Shown: in pieces, positions 12,505-24,715 of the stretch
Layout of the letters: each line of letters starts with the position of its first letter
How positions within the stretch are numbered: position 1 is the stretch's first letter
NCBI GenBank assembly: GCA_030390025.1
Contig: CM059440.1
Coordinates: 44,640,001-44,704,000 of the forward strand
Source of the DNA: Squalus acanthias
Taxonomy: Eukaryota
Reading direction: 5' to 3'
Length of the DNA stretch: 64,000 nucleotides
Translations under genes and position numbers: made by a program
The notes under the pieces: generated by a model
Seen by the model: only the letters and a program-made list of their open reading frames with translations
Database searches by the model: none
What the model was told of the DNA's origin: nothing

Positions 12505-12835
12505 TAGAGATGCTGAGAGGTTGTTTCCCCTGGCTGGAGAGTCTAGAACGAGGGGGCATAGTCTCAGGATAAGGGGTCGGACATTTAAGACTGAGATGAG
12601 GAGGAATTTCTTCATTCAGAGGGTTGTGAATCTGTGGAATTCTCTGCCCCAGAGGACTGTGGAGGCTGAATCGTTGAGTATAGTCAAGGCTTTTGGACTC
12701 TAGGGGAATCGAGGGATAAGGAGATCGGGCGGGAAAGTGGAGTTCAGGTCAAAGATCGGCCATGATCTTATTGAATGGCGGAGCAGGCTCAAGGGGCCGT
12801 ATGGCTACTCCTGCTCCGAATTCTTATGTTCTTAC
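12505..12835 (+). mobile_element. CR1 3' end
   Basis: FPLAGESRTRGHSL...NLWNSLP; ttcttatgttctta tail. Confidence 0.92.
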
Positions 12836-13196
12836 ATGTTCTTGTGTAGCTCCTCACTCCACCACCCCAACATTCAGGCAGTAGCCGCTTTACAAATAAA
12901 GAAATCTTGTAAAGAAGCCAAACGCCTTCCTTGCGGTTTCCCCAAGGAGCATGCGAGTGCTACAAAAACATTTACAGAGAAAGTGTCCTATAATCTTCTA
13001 TCTATTAATATATTAAAAATCTGACACCTGCACGCATGTCCCATGAACATTTTTGCCGGTATAAATTCCTATTTCCATATTTACAGTAGAAACCGGCCCC
13101 CACCATGGAGGTGTTGCAGCACCACCACTGGCAGGAGGGTGTAATTACAGCGTGACAGGTTTACATAACCGGTTTCCATTCTAAATGTTTACATAA

Positions 13197-14664
13197 GGGG
13201 GCCAATCTTCACCCCTGTTTTGGGGCAGGAGCAGGGCAGTTTTCGCATATCGTGGTGCAGCTCTTACCGCCCCATTCCCACTGCCAGCCGCCTCCATTTT
13301 GGTGGGTCCTTGAGATGTGCGGCCCTGGTGGCCACCAGAAACAGGTGGGACTCGGAGCCTCATCACAGTCTGCGGATTGGTGTTCTATGACATAAGCAGG
13401 ACCCCAAAGCTATTTTCAAGTCAAATAGTGAGAGGACCAGGCAGTGCTGGACCTGCTCCGTAGTGCGGGATGGTACAGGCTGGAAATGCTTTTTAAAGGG
13501 GATCTCACTGGCAATGTACTCAGATCATTGGAATCTGTTTGGAGAAAAGAAAATCTGCTTAATCGGTATAGATGTTTTTGACTTGGAAATGGCTCAAGTT
13601 TTGATTGAAGTAGCTTCAAAACCTTCAGGAAGCTCAGGGAGGTTTCAGCTACTGCAGAATATGGCGTTGTCTTGGCCACTCCATTCTGGTTGGAGAAAGA
13701 GCAGCAACAGCAACAGGCGAGGGGAAGCGCAGAGAGCTGCAGTCGGGGCAGCTAGAAGCCCACAGATGAGGAGAGCTGCTCGCAGGTGTCTTTGCCCTGC
13801 CCATAGGGTCTATAGACCCAAAGTCTCCTACCTTCAATTTACCGAGGAGCAGTGCATTGGGAGACCTGTGCAGCCTCTTACAGCAAGGCTTGCAATGCAT
13901 TGGCACAGTTGGCAATGTATTTATTACCTGTGGCAGTGAAAGTCACTACAGCCCTCAGTTTTTTTCACCTTGGGCTCTTTCCAGATTGCAGCAGTCAACA
14001 TAAGTAATTTTAGTCAATCTGCTGCCCATGCCTTTATCAAGCAGGTCACTGACGCCCTCTTCGCAAATGCCAACCAGTATGTCACGTTCCCCATGGACAC
14101 CTGGAACTAGTAGGAAAGGCCTGTAGGTTTTGCAAACATAGCAGGCCTCGCCCAAGTACAGGGAGTGATTGACTGCACCCATATAGCATCAGGTCACCTG
14201 CCATTGAACCAGCAGCTTTCATGAGTAAGATCATGCAGGTCTGTGCTCACTTTCCTGGAAGCTGTCATGCTGCCTTCACACTCCCCCCACCCCACACTCT
14301 TTGACCCAGCACAGCAAGTCAAAGCCTGGCTGCTTGTGCCCATCCTGATACCACTCAGAAACCCCTGCTTGCCAGCTGCACAGTGATACAACCTGAGCCC
14401 TGGACCCATAACAGCCATCCTTGCCTCCCCTTTCAAGAGATGCAAGCTCGCTTTAACTGCCCGGCAGGCCTGCTGGAAACTCCACCCCCACCTCCAAAAC
14501 CTCGAGCTGACCATCCGCGCCGGAAACACGCAGGAAGCTCACCAATAGAATGTAAAGGAAGCCCAACCATCAAAATAGTTCGGGCCTCTCGCTGACGACA
14601 TCAGGTGGACGTCCTGTTTGCTCCACCCGACATTCGCCCGATGTCAAAGGTGAAAATCAATCCC
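13197..14664 (+). mobile_element. Degenerate PIF/Harbinger DNA transposon with HARBI1-like transposase remnants
   Basis: 14132-14188 translates ANIAGLAQVQGVIDCTHIA; downstream IMQVCAHFPGSCH; RVYRPKVSYLQFTEEQC; imperfect TIRs gggccaatcttcacc / ggtgaaaatcaatccc; TAA on the left flank. Confidence 0.75.
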
Positions 14665-15289
14665 AAGAAGTTAGAATGGAAATACAACAATTCAGGAGAG
14701 AATGTACGGCTGTAAACTGGGACTGGATTACATCTCTACACCTGGTCCAATAACCTCCGCCTTCCAACCTCACTTCACCTGAAGACTACATTTAGTCTCA
14801 ATTCCCCGTCTACAATGTCTGGGAGATCCACTGGTCTCTTCCTAAAAATTTGAAAGCTGGGGGAGGGAGAATAGAAGTTTTAAAGATTAGAATTTTAATG
14901 AAATACAGGTTGAATCATGTATGGTTGCTAATATAATGCCAAATTGAAAAGGAGATCTGTACTTGCCATCTGTACAGGGCTCCTTTTACATTCCAGAATG
15001 TGACACATTTATTGTCAAGAATGTTATGTATTCGTATTTATATTCTGATGCATTTAAGAGTTGAGAATAAGTATTTAAGTTTGGCATTTAAGTGAGTTCT
15101 GCTGAACAATTAAACTTTGTTCTCACGCGATGTATTTCTGCAATTTTCTGGCATTCAATATATTTAAAAGCAAAAACAAAAGCAATGTTTTCAAATGATT
15201 TTGTAATGTATGGCATCCCTCCCTTGATAAGCGTCTCAGCCTGAGGGTTGTGCTCACATAGTTCTTACTAGCTCCCTCTCTTTGCCCAG

Positions 15290-15511
15290 ACAGGGCAGGA
15301 CAGCTCAGACTTGCACACTGCACTCAACTCCAGCATGCTGTCGAAGAGAAAGGAAATAGCAAAGCAGATCCTGTCAGATTTGGCCACGGAGCGAATGCCA
15401 AGGAGTGAAACTGTGGGCAAGAGGCAATCGGTGAAACTTGAACTGAGGAGGAATGCTGCAGGCAGTCCCACCCATCAGACTGGCACCAGGACTGAGGACA
15501 AGACCCCTGTG
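15290..15511 (+). CDS. Putative internal coding exon of an unidentified gene (TGQDSSDLHTALNSSMLSKRKEIAKQILSDLATERMPRS...EDKTPV)
   Basis: Pyrimidine tract ctccctctctttgcccAG, donor gtg|GTatgt, 222 nt open, phase 0/0, non-repetitive. Confidence 0.6.
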
Positions 15512-15884
15512 GTATGTATGCTTTGTGGATGATGAATTGTTGGGTGAGCTAGGGGGAGTAACGCACTGTCAGAACAAAGGCCTTGGATTGACATTCAAAA
15601 TAAAAACACGTTTCCACAAACACAAAGAGAGAATTGGAGGCAATATATTTCTGTGCCATGATCATTTGACATAATGCATGAGATAGGAAGTGTCCTTATA
15701 GCGAGATGCTGATTCAGTTTACTGAAACCTGTTGAGCGCAGTCGTCCCATAGGTTGCGTCACAGTGAAAGTCATCCTTCCATACTCACCATTTTACATTT
15801 CAACTGCTTTGCTGGCCCACCTGTTCCTCCTGGGAGGTCGTTTAGATTGGGGGAGGCGGGAGGTTGTGTAAAAGAAAAAGAAAG

Positions 15885-16235
15885 AAACTTGCTTTTATCC
15901 AGCGCCTTTTACAACCTCAGGACGTCCCAAAGCGATTCACAGCCAATAAATTACTTTTGAAGTGTCGACGCTGTTGTAATGTAGGAAATGCGGCAGCCAA
16001 TTTGCGCACAGCAAGCTCCCAAATGAGCAATGAAATAAATGACCAGACAATCTGTTTTAGGTGATGGTTGAGGGATAGATGTTGGCCCGGACACCGGGGA
16101 GAACTCCCCCCTGCTCTTCTTTGAACAGTGCTATTGGATGTTTTACGTCCACCTGAGAGGGCAGACGGGACCTCAGTTTAACGTCTCATCCGAAAGACGG
16201 CACCTCCGACAGTGCAGCACTCCCTCAGCACTGTA
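15885..16235 (-). mobile_element. Deu-domain SINE (5' truncated)
   Basis: Collinear with 11262-11580 and 30380-30700. Confidence 0.85.
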
Positions 16236-16767
16236 GTCACCAGGAACAGTCTCAAGACTGCTTAGTATTTCCCCGAGTTCCAGATGGAGGCCAAACATCA
16301 TTCATTCTGATCAGTTATGTCCCCTCGCTGCTTTAGCCACACTGTCATTGTGGAGAGGACTACACTTCACCACAGTCAGATGATGGACCTTCTTGCAGCC
16401 AGCATTGAAAGCTGCGCTGTCCTGCACACTACGGGAGTCCCTTGCTCTCCCGTAATCAGGCCCAGCAAGTAGGGGGCTGGGTCCCTGGAACCGAGACATT
16501 GGTTATGGTGAATATGGTCTCTGGGACCGCAACAGCTGAAAGCTGTGGCATGACCAGAATAGGCTAAATATTTTGCTAGCACAGTCTAATTAAAAGTGAT
16601 GCAGAGTCTAACCACATGTCAGGCTGCAGTATAGGGCTTCTCAGAATAGCAGGAATGCCCCAGGATACTGGATTATCCAGGCAGTGAATTCATCATTTCC
16701 CAGACAAACCGCCCTGGCTTTTGACTCCATTACAACAAACACCATAACTTTGTACATCGCCCCTCTA

Positions 16768-17075
16768 CTGGGTTGCCAACTCTGGTTGGATATATTCCTG
16801 GAGGTGTCATCACGTGACCTCCTCCCTCCCACCGCCCCGCCCCCCACACTCCAGCCATTGGTCGCCCAACTTGTCCATCCTCGGGGCGCAGCGCGGCCAA
16901 TCGGAAAGTGAAGAGACTCTTCATTATCCGATTGGATGATTCTTGACTATCAGTCAAACAGACTTTTTACCCACATCCAATATTTTTCTAACTAGTAAAC
17001 AAAATGTTCAAAGTTACTGGCAGCAGTGCCCTGGAGATGAGTCTTTGATTCCTGGGGACTCCAGGGCAACTCTAG
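16768..17075. mobile_element. Short non-autonomous DNA transposon (MITE-like)
   Basis: Inverted ends gggttgcc / ggcaactc. Confidence 0.45.
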
Positions 17076-17402
17076 CCCCCGATGTGATGCAAGGTCACAC
17101 AGGAAAAACAACCACACTGGCAGCAGTGATTAGTAACTAAAAACCGGCAACAACGGAGCAAGTAAACTCCCAACAGCAAGACTCCCAACGAAAGGCTTGA
17201 GAGCAAGTAAAGAAAAAAATGGGAATCTGTACACAATATAAATAATGTAAACAAGCTTGGAACTGCAAGACATTTGAGGTTTTAAAGTATGCTTACAGGA
17301 ATCATTCAAATCCCTTGATCGTGTTACTGCCTTGCAACACTCACTCCAGTCTATTATTTTCTATTTAACCACAGAATGCATTGTATTGGAATCATCGAAA
17401 TG

Positions 17403-17415
17403 GTTGCCCAGCAAC
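17403..17415. promoter_or_regulatory. RFX X-box-like motif
   Basis: GTTGCC-C-AGCAAC fits GTNRCC(N0-3)RGYAAC; motif match only. Confidence 0.25.
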
Positions 17416-18108
17416 AGACGTGGTCATATAATATGTTAAAGCCCTGCATGTAAAGCTGTTGAGATACAGACCTCTGGGTGTAATTGGAAACACGCATGGA
17501 CGCTCTTTGCGAGATGTGTGTTACGCAATGTTAAAGGCAGTCTTGCAAACGTAAATGACGTTCAGTTGGCCACATCTGTGCAGAGTTTTTCCGTTCATCC
17601 CATCCTCGGAATTCTTTAAACCACTGCCTGAAAGTATTTTATCAAGCTGTGCCTGCTTGAACATGACCCGTTTAACCACTGAACTATTTTCGGAATCAAC
17701 TCGAAAGTTAAACAAAATATGGAAAAAAAAAAGAGAGAATCTGATTGACCTCCCAGTTTCATTTCGTGAGACACAGCAGGAGTTTTGCAGATGTTTTTCT
17801 GTTTTTTTTGTTAGTGTCATCAGCTGGAAGGGGACAACTTTGAAAGATGTATTTTTTTTAGATCTGTTTTTGTGTGTTCTTCCAACTCACCTGGTGATAA
17901 AGAGGATCCCCAATTTCTCCAACCATCTAGTGGAGGCAACTGGAGACATCCCCAAGCTCCCCTGCAGCTTACTGGAGAGGGGGGATATATCCAACGTCAA
18001 ATGGCCCACTGGGCCGGAGGGGATGCATCCAAGATTCCTGGTGATCTAGCGGGGGGAGGGGGGGCATGTATCTGAGTCATCTGGCAGTTAAGGTCTATCT
18101 CTGCTTTT

Positions 18109-18625
18109 GCTCTGACTATTCTAACACACTCCTGGCCGGCCTCCCACGTTCTACCCTACGTAAACTTGAGGTCATCCAAAACTTTGCTGCCCGTGTCCTA
18201 ACTCGTACCAAGTCCCGTTCACCCATCACCCCTGTGCTCGCTGACCTACATTGGCTCCCGGTCCCCCAACACTTCGATTTTAAAATTCTCATCCTTGTTT
18301 TTAAATCCCTCCATGGCCTCGCCCCCTCCCTATCTCTGTAACCTCCTCCGAGATCTCTGCGCTGCTCTAATTCTGGCTTCTTCAGCATCCCCGATTTTAA
18401 TCGCTCCACCATTGGCAGCCATGCCTTCTGCTGCCTGGGCCCCAAGCTCTGGAATTCCCTCCTTAAACCTCTCCACCTCTCTCTCTTCGTTTAAGACGCT
18501 CCTTAAAACCGACCTCTTCATCCACCCCAATATCTCTTGATGTGGCTCGGTCAAACTTTGTTCCTGTGAAGCCCCTTGGGACAATTTCCGACGTTAAAGG
18601 CGCTATATAAATACAAGTTGTTGTT
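18109..18625 (+). mobile_element. L2 LINE 3' end
   Basis: DYSNTLLAGLP...IQNFAARVLT...HWLPV...VFKSLHGLAP; tail gttaaaggcgctatataaatacaagttgttgttg. Confidence 0.92.
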
Positions 18626-18825
18626 GGCCTATTTGGTTGGGTGGGCCGGGGTTCTTCTATAGCTGTTCTTATGGTGGTGAAAGTATGAAACCCAAATCGA
18701 TCTAATTCCTTATCCCTGATAAATAGGCCTTTTGAGCTTCCAGTCCATAGCTTTCCTTTGCTACAGCCACTGTAAGAAATACTTTCAGTATCAGGCAAGC
18801 GGGAACACTAAATGCACTAAACCGT

Positions 18826-19327
18826 GGGGGGAGATTTTAACTCCCTCCGCCTGGAAGAAACGGGGTGGTAGCGGAGTTAAAATGGCGATGGTGGACTTAC
18901 CGCCCCAGCCAACACGACCGCCATTTCCCGGGGCCTTCCACTGGGTGACTGGGGTGCCTGCCTGCATCAGGCGGGAGCCTCATTAATCTCTGCAAACCGC
19001 ACAGAGGACCCCCAATGCAATGTTACTGGGCCGAGTGCAGGTCCAGAAGGAGGAGGAGTGCCCTTCCAGGCTCCTCAAGAATAATGTGGGCCGCTGCCTC
19101 CTCGGGTCTACCTGTACCCCCCCCCACTCTAAGGTCGCACCCTCTCTTCCGCACTTGCCTTCCTGCCTACTGGACTGGGCCTCCAGGCCACCCGATACTG
19201 CACCAGCCGAGAGCCAGCAATCAGCAGAGGGACGACCGCTTGGCACCTGCAGCTCTCCAGCAGCTTTGTAAAGAGGCCCAGTACATTCTGAGGGCCGGGC
19301 ACTCCTGCTGGCACTAATATTCACCCT
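18826..19327. mobile_element. Harbinger-type MITE remnant
   Basis: ggggggagatttt start, aatattcaccc end, GC-rich interior similar in style to other MITEs here. Confidence 0.4.
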
Positions 19328-19659
19328 TTCACGCTGCCATTTGAAAGATAACAAGATGTGGGTGGATGAAGACGAACGTTCAGCCCATTTGATGCCATCT
19401 TTCCAGAATACCAATCCAAGCATCTTATAACTTAAAAATCAGAGGAAAAAAGGCACATTTCCACCTCGGGGCCTCTGCTCGTTTTTTGGACTGCCCTAAT
19501 TAATGCCAGTACTGATTTTCAGATTATCCTCAGTCCTTACAGACCTGTTACTGCTCCAATAGAGCCGTGCACTGATGCTTTGTTACAGTGTGCACACCCA
19601 GACTAGATTGATGGAACTGGACGATAGAGGACTGGTCCTAGCGCTGGAGCCCTCCAGAT

Positions 19660-20021
19660 TGGCACAGGAGCCCTCACTACTGGGGCTGGAGTCCTCACTA
19701 CTGGGGCTGGAGTCCTCACTACTGGGGCTGGAGTCCTCACTACTGGGGTTGGAGTCCTCACTACTGGGGCTGGAGTCCTCACTACTGGGGTTGGAGTCCT
19801 CACTACTGGGGCTGGAGTCCTCACTACTGGGGCTGGAGTCCTCACTACTGGGGCTGGAGCCCTCACTACTGGGGCTGGAGTCCTCACTACTGGGGCTGGA
19901 GTCCTCACTACTGGGGCTGGAGCCCTCACTACTGGGGCTGGAGCCCTCACTACTGGGGTTGGAGTCCTCACTACTGGGGCTGGAGCCCTCACTACTGGGG
20001 CTGGAGTCCTCACTACTGGGA
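19660..20021. repeat. 21-bp minisatellite (ggggctggagtcctcactact)n, ~17 units
   Basis: Direct tandem repeat; gives (LGLESSL)n and (PAPVVRT)n ORFs. Confidence 0.97.
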
Positions 20022-20067
20022 CTGGTGTTGGTACAGATTGACCTTGTTATTTACACAGGAGGTCAGT

Positions 20068-21322
20068 AGAATCATAGAATGGTTACAGCACAGTAGAAGG
20101 CTATTCGGCCCGTCAAGCCCGTGCCGGCTCTCTGCAAGAGCACTTCAGCTAATCCCACTCCCCCGCCCTTTCCCCCGTAGCCCTGCAAAAAAAATTTCCT
20201 TCAGGATTTTTTTTCATTCGTTCATGGGATGTGGGCATCGCTGGCAAGGCCGGCATTTATTGCCCATCCCTAATTGCCCTTGAGAAGGTGGTGGTGAGCC
20301 GCCTCCTGGAACCGCTGCAGTCCATGTGGTGAAGGTGCTCCCACAGTGCTGTTAGGGAGGAAGTTCCAGGATTTTGACCCAGCAACGATGAAGGATCGGC
20401 GATATACTTCTAAGTCAGGATGGTGTGTGACTTGGAGAGGAACCTGCAGGTGGTGGTGCTCACATGTGCCTGCTGCCCTTGTCCTTCTAGGTGGTAGAGG
20501 TCACGGGTTTGGGAGGTGCTGCCGAAGAAGCCTTGGCGAGTTGCTGCAGTGCATCTTGTAGATGGTACACACTGCAGCCACTGTGCGCCGGTGGTGGAGG
20601 GAGTGAATGTTTAAGGTGGTGGATGTGGTGCCAATCAAGTGGGCTGCTTTGTCTTGGATGGTGTCGAGCTTCTTGAGTGTTGTTGGAGCTGCACTCATCC
20701 AGGCAAGTGGAGAGTATTCCATCACACTCCTGACTTGTGCCTTGTAGATGGTGGAAAGGCTTTGGGGAGTCAGGAGGTGAGACACTTGCCGCAGAATACC
20801 CAGCCTCTGACCCGCTTTTGTTGCCACAGTATTTATGTGGCTGGTCCAGTTAAGTTTCTGGTCAATGGTGACCCCCAGGATGTTGATGGTGGGGGATTCG
20901 GCGATGCTAATGCCATTGAATGTCAAGGGGCGGTGGTTAGACTCTCACTTGTTGGAGATAGTCATTGCCTGGCACTTCTGTGGCGCGAATGTTACCTGCC
21001 ACTTATCAGTCCAAGCCTGAATGTCGTCCTGGTCTTGCTGCATGCGGCCATGGAATGCTTCATTATCTGAGGAGTTGTGAATGGCACTGAACACTGTGCA
21101 GTCATCAGCGAACATCCCCATTTCTGACCTTATGATGGAGGGAAGGTCATATCCAATTCCCTTTTGAAAGCCGTGATTGAATCTGCCTCCGCCACCCTTT
21201 CAGGCAGTGCATTCCAGATCTTAACCACTCGCTGCGTAAAAAAGTTTTTCCTCACGTCGCCTTTGGTTCTTCTGCCAATCACCTTAAATCTGTGTCCTCT
21301 GGTTCTCGACCCTTCCGCCAGT
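20068..21322 (-). mobile_element. CR1 3' end split by a LINE-B insertion
   Basis: CR1 tail at 20068-20205 resumes at 21150-21322. Confidence 0.88.
20207..21150 (-). mobile_element. LINE-B 5'-truncated copy
   Basis: ORF 20501-20926 ILGVTIDQKLNW...VMEYSPLAW; highly similar to 449-1400. Confidence 0.95.
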
Positions 21323-22303
21323 GAGTTTTCATTTTAAAAATGCCAGCCCCATACTGCCCTCCTAATTAGTGTAAAGGTGAGTAATCGAATGCTATCCAAA
21401 GCCACCAGCAAGCACCACAGACAAACTTTTTCTTTGATTTTCAACTTTGTCACAATCATAAAACACCATTATATTCAGTCATTAAAATGGCTGGCAGCAA
21501 ACGGCAGTATTGAAGCTCTTGTATTATCTGCTATAGAAGACAATGACTCTATGCTTCAGCATCCCATTCAGTCCACCGCTCCTAACATCAGGATTTTATA
21601 AAGTATAATTACTCCTATAATTGACAGAAGTAATCACTTGGCCTCTCACTATGTGCCAGTGATTTCAGTATTCAAAGAGTTACTATCTACCAAATGAGAA
21701 GTTTAACATTGTTGATCTATTACCCTCCATGTTCACCCATAGACGGTGATATGGAACCTTTCAGCTACAAACACTTCCTGTGAATCGCCCACTCCTCCAC
21801 TTTACGGGCAGCCCACTGATTGTCTTCACCCATCAATACATGTTCGTTTTTTTAAATTAAGAAATGTAAATGATGAGCCAAGGGCCATAACACAGGACGG
21901 AACTAAGGTTGAAAACTGCAAGGATACATGAAGACGTTGTGGGAAGGTGGCGCTATGCTTAAGTTATGATTGTAGATTGTAGGTGGAAGGGGAGAATTAA
22001 GGAGGAGTATCACCGTTATCAGATCCTGGGAAAGAATACCCATGGAAGACAGTGGGATATGTCTTGATTCAGTACAATGAGGATGCGGGATGGGGAAAGG
22101 ACGTTGGAGCTATGGGCGTTCATTCTGTAAATAAGTGCAGTCACTCCTGGGTAACTGATGGGAAGAAGTTTCATTTATCAAGTTAGGAATCACAGGCACT
22201 AATTGTTGCATCTCTTGCAAGGGTTTAAAACCTCAAAAAAAGTCCCAAGTTAACTGTAACAGAATGAGTGTTTGGAAATGTAAAATTAAACAGAATATTA
22301 CAC

Positions 22304-22492
22304 CTCGCAGCCGAAGGACTAACATCGGTTTCCTTTCCTGTTCTAGGGTATTCTCTCCCAAATAAGGATGACCTCAAGACGGTGAAGCCTCCGTTACTGA
22401 TCTTCGAAGTCGCACTGCAGTTTTTAGCGTTAATAAAGCACTCTACAAGCTTCTGCAATATAGGGATCATTTCATCCTCTGCACTCTCTGAA
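22304..22492 (-). CDS. Putative exon, unidentified gene (SESAEDEMIPILQKLVECFINAKNCSATS...LRSSLFGREYP...AAR)
   Basis: tgctttAG acceptor, gag|GTgtaa donor, open frame, unique sequence. Confidence 0.45.
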
Positions 22493-24241
22493 CTAAAGCA
22501 ATCATATTACACCTATATTTTTCTAGAAATGATTACGTTTGGAAGTAGTTCTGCCAGCTGTTCGCAATAGACGGAGGGAGGCAACTGCAAATACTTCACT
22601 CAGGGGAAGGAGTGGTCCACCCTTCCACTTTCACCGCGTGGACTGAACTGATGGAGCCTATGGAAAAGTCAATGAGCCTGGGTGTAGCAGGATGCTCTTA
22701 AAGCTGTACCATTACTTTTGGGAGATGAGAAATCCAGATTAATGGAGTAGAGGCAAGAGTTCAAGGCCAATTCAATCAACCAGTGGTGACTTCCCCAGGT
22801 GAAAGTTGTACAAATATGCATATCTGATTTTAAAGGAAAAAAAGGATATGGCCTCAATAAGTATTACCTACCCAGTGTAATTCGGTGTGCTGAATAAGCA
22901 ACCAGTATGTATATAATTGTTCTTTGTACTTAGTGAAAGTTTTTTTTTAATGTTTTTAAAAAGAAATTAAATAAAAGAAACAGGGGTGACTTGGTAAAGC
23001 AGAATATGCAGGAGTACCACATTCGCCAGTTCGCTGTATGTACATCATGGGAGGAAGTTAGAATGGCCTCTGGGCATTAAAGATAAAAGGAATCTTAAGG
23101 TTATCAGGATATTCAGGCATTCAACTCTGTTCATAACACCCTTAACATTTGTGTTTCTTTGCATGTCTATGGCCATTCTAACTTTCGTTTTTTATGTTGT
23201 ATATACAGTGAGCAGGAAGCACCACAAGAACTCTTTGTAATTAAAAGCTTTGTCTTCATTGCTTCTGAGGTAAAGATACATGAATGACCTTTAACTTTTT
23301 CCCCTCAGACATTCCATAGTGAATATTGAGACCAGCTGGATTAACCGCAGTGGTCTTTTCCGGTCTTACACATTCCTATAACAAACACCTCCCCCCCGCC
23401 CCCCACCCTCACCCCGCCTCCACAGAAGGGAACAAGGATGGAACATCATGAACCTTGACCTCAGTAGACTGCAAACTAAGTGCTCATCACTGAAGAGCAT
23501 TTAGTGGCAGCACAACTCCGAGAATGAGCAAACAGCTATTATCAACAAGAGCAACATAGCACAGATAACATGTCTACTCCAGCACTCAGCAGCACGCAGG
23601 GTTGAATGGCAAATGCATTAGAGCTCTGATCAATCCTCTGCAGAACTCACATCTATTTCCCACAATTGAAATTACTTATTGCCCCAGAGTTAAATGTCCA
23701 TTGTTACATCCTCCACCACAGTTTCTCCTTCAGCGAGGAGGAGGCATGGTCTAGACTTCAAATGTCTCCACATTCCTCATCAGTGCCACATCAGCCTACA
23801 GTTAACCAGCCAGAGATGTACTTTTGTGGGACAGAACTACAGTGCTAATCTCCGACCCCCTCAGAGATGACGAATGAGAGTATATTCGAGACCTTTTGGT
23901 CCAAATGTTCACAGGGCTAATCCAGAAACATGGCCTTGAATCTCTCCAAAGTGCAGCCACATCTGATTTGCGTGCGTACACAAGACGCACACTTGTCCCA
24001 TCGGCCGCAGTGCTGCTGCGAGATTGAACCTTCATCAGTTATAAATCAGCATGCGGAACCCTAAGCAGATCATTGCAGATATTGTTACTGCACATACCTG
24101 ATCTCATAAATACTATTTCCTTGGGCAAATAGCACTTGTGCTGAAATGTTCAGGGCAAAATCATGCTCTTGTGTCTATAAAAGGAGTCACTCGGTTCTTA
24201 AAGGGTCACTTTCATCCTTATCAAAAGTAATACATACTCAC

Positions 24242-24390
24242 TTTTAGTCCAGGTAAAATTATTGCTGCAAATGAAGACACGTCATAGCTACACTGTACTG
24301 TCATATTCAACTCATTGGCTTTTATAGCATCTGCCTCTTCATAGTCATGTCCATCTCGGAAATAGACCCAAGATTCATAATCTCTCCACG
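24242..24390 (-). CDS. Putative exon (WRDYESWVYFRDGHDYEEADAIKANELNMTVQCSYDVSSFAAIILPGLK)
   Basis: Strong donor aaa|GTgagt, acAG acceptor after a pyrimidine-rich stretch, protein-like composition. Confidence 0.6.
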
Positions 24391-24654
24391 CTGTGTACCG
24401 ACAGGGAAGTGATGGGAATTTTGTTTTTAATGTAAAGATCAAGATCAAGGTAACATGCAGTTTACGTTCCAGTTCATGGCTTTTACCCATTGGAGGAAAA
24501 TGGACATATCTGAGCAGAAAGGCTTGAAAATATGAAGTGATCTTGTTTTTTTGAAACCTTCCAGTATACAGTTAGCACAGATTGTCACAGTATGTTCAGT
24601 GGGACATTTGGTCTTCCAATTTGTCATTAGTATCCCTGTAATGATAATTGATGT

Positions 24655-24715
24655 TATCATTAATTAATTAATCAATCAATCATTCATTCAGTCGTTCGTT
24701 CATTCATTCATTCAT
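24655..24715. repeat. Compound tetranucleotide microsatellite (ttaa/tcaa/ttca/ttcg)
   Basis: Directly visible. Confidence 0.8.
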
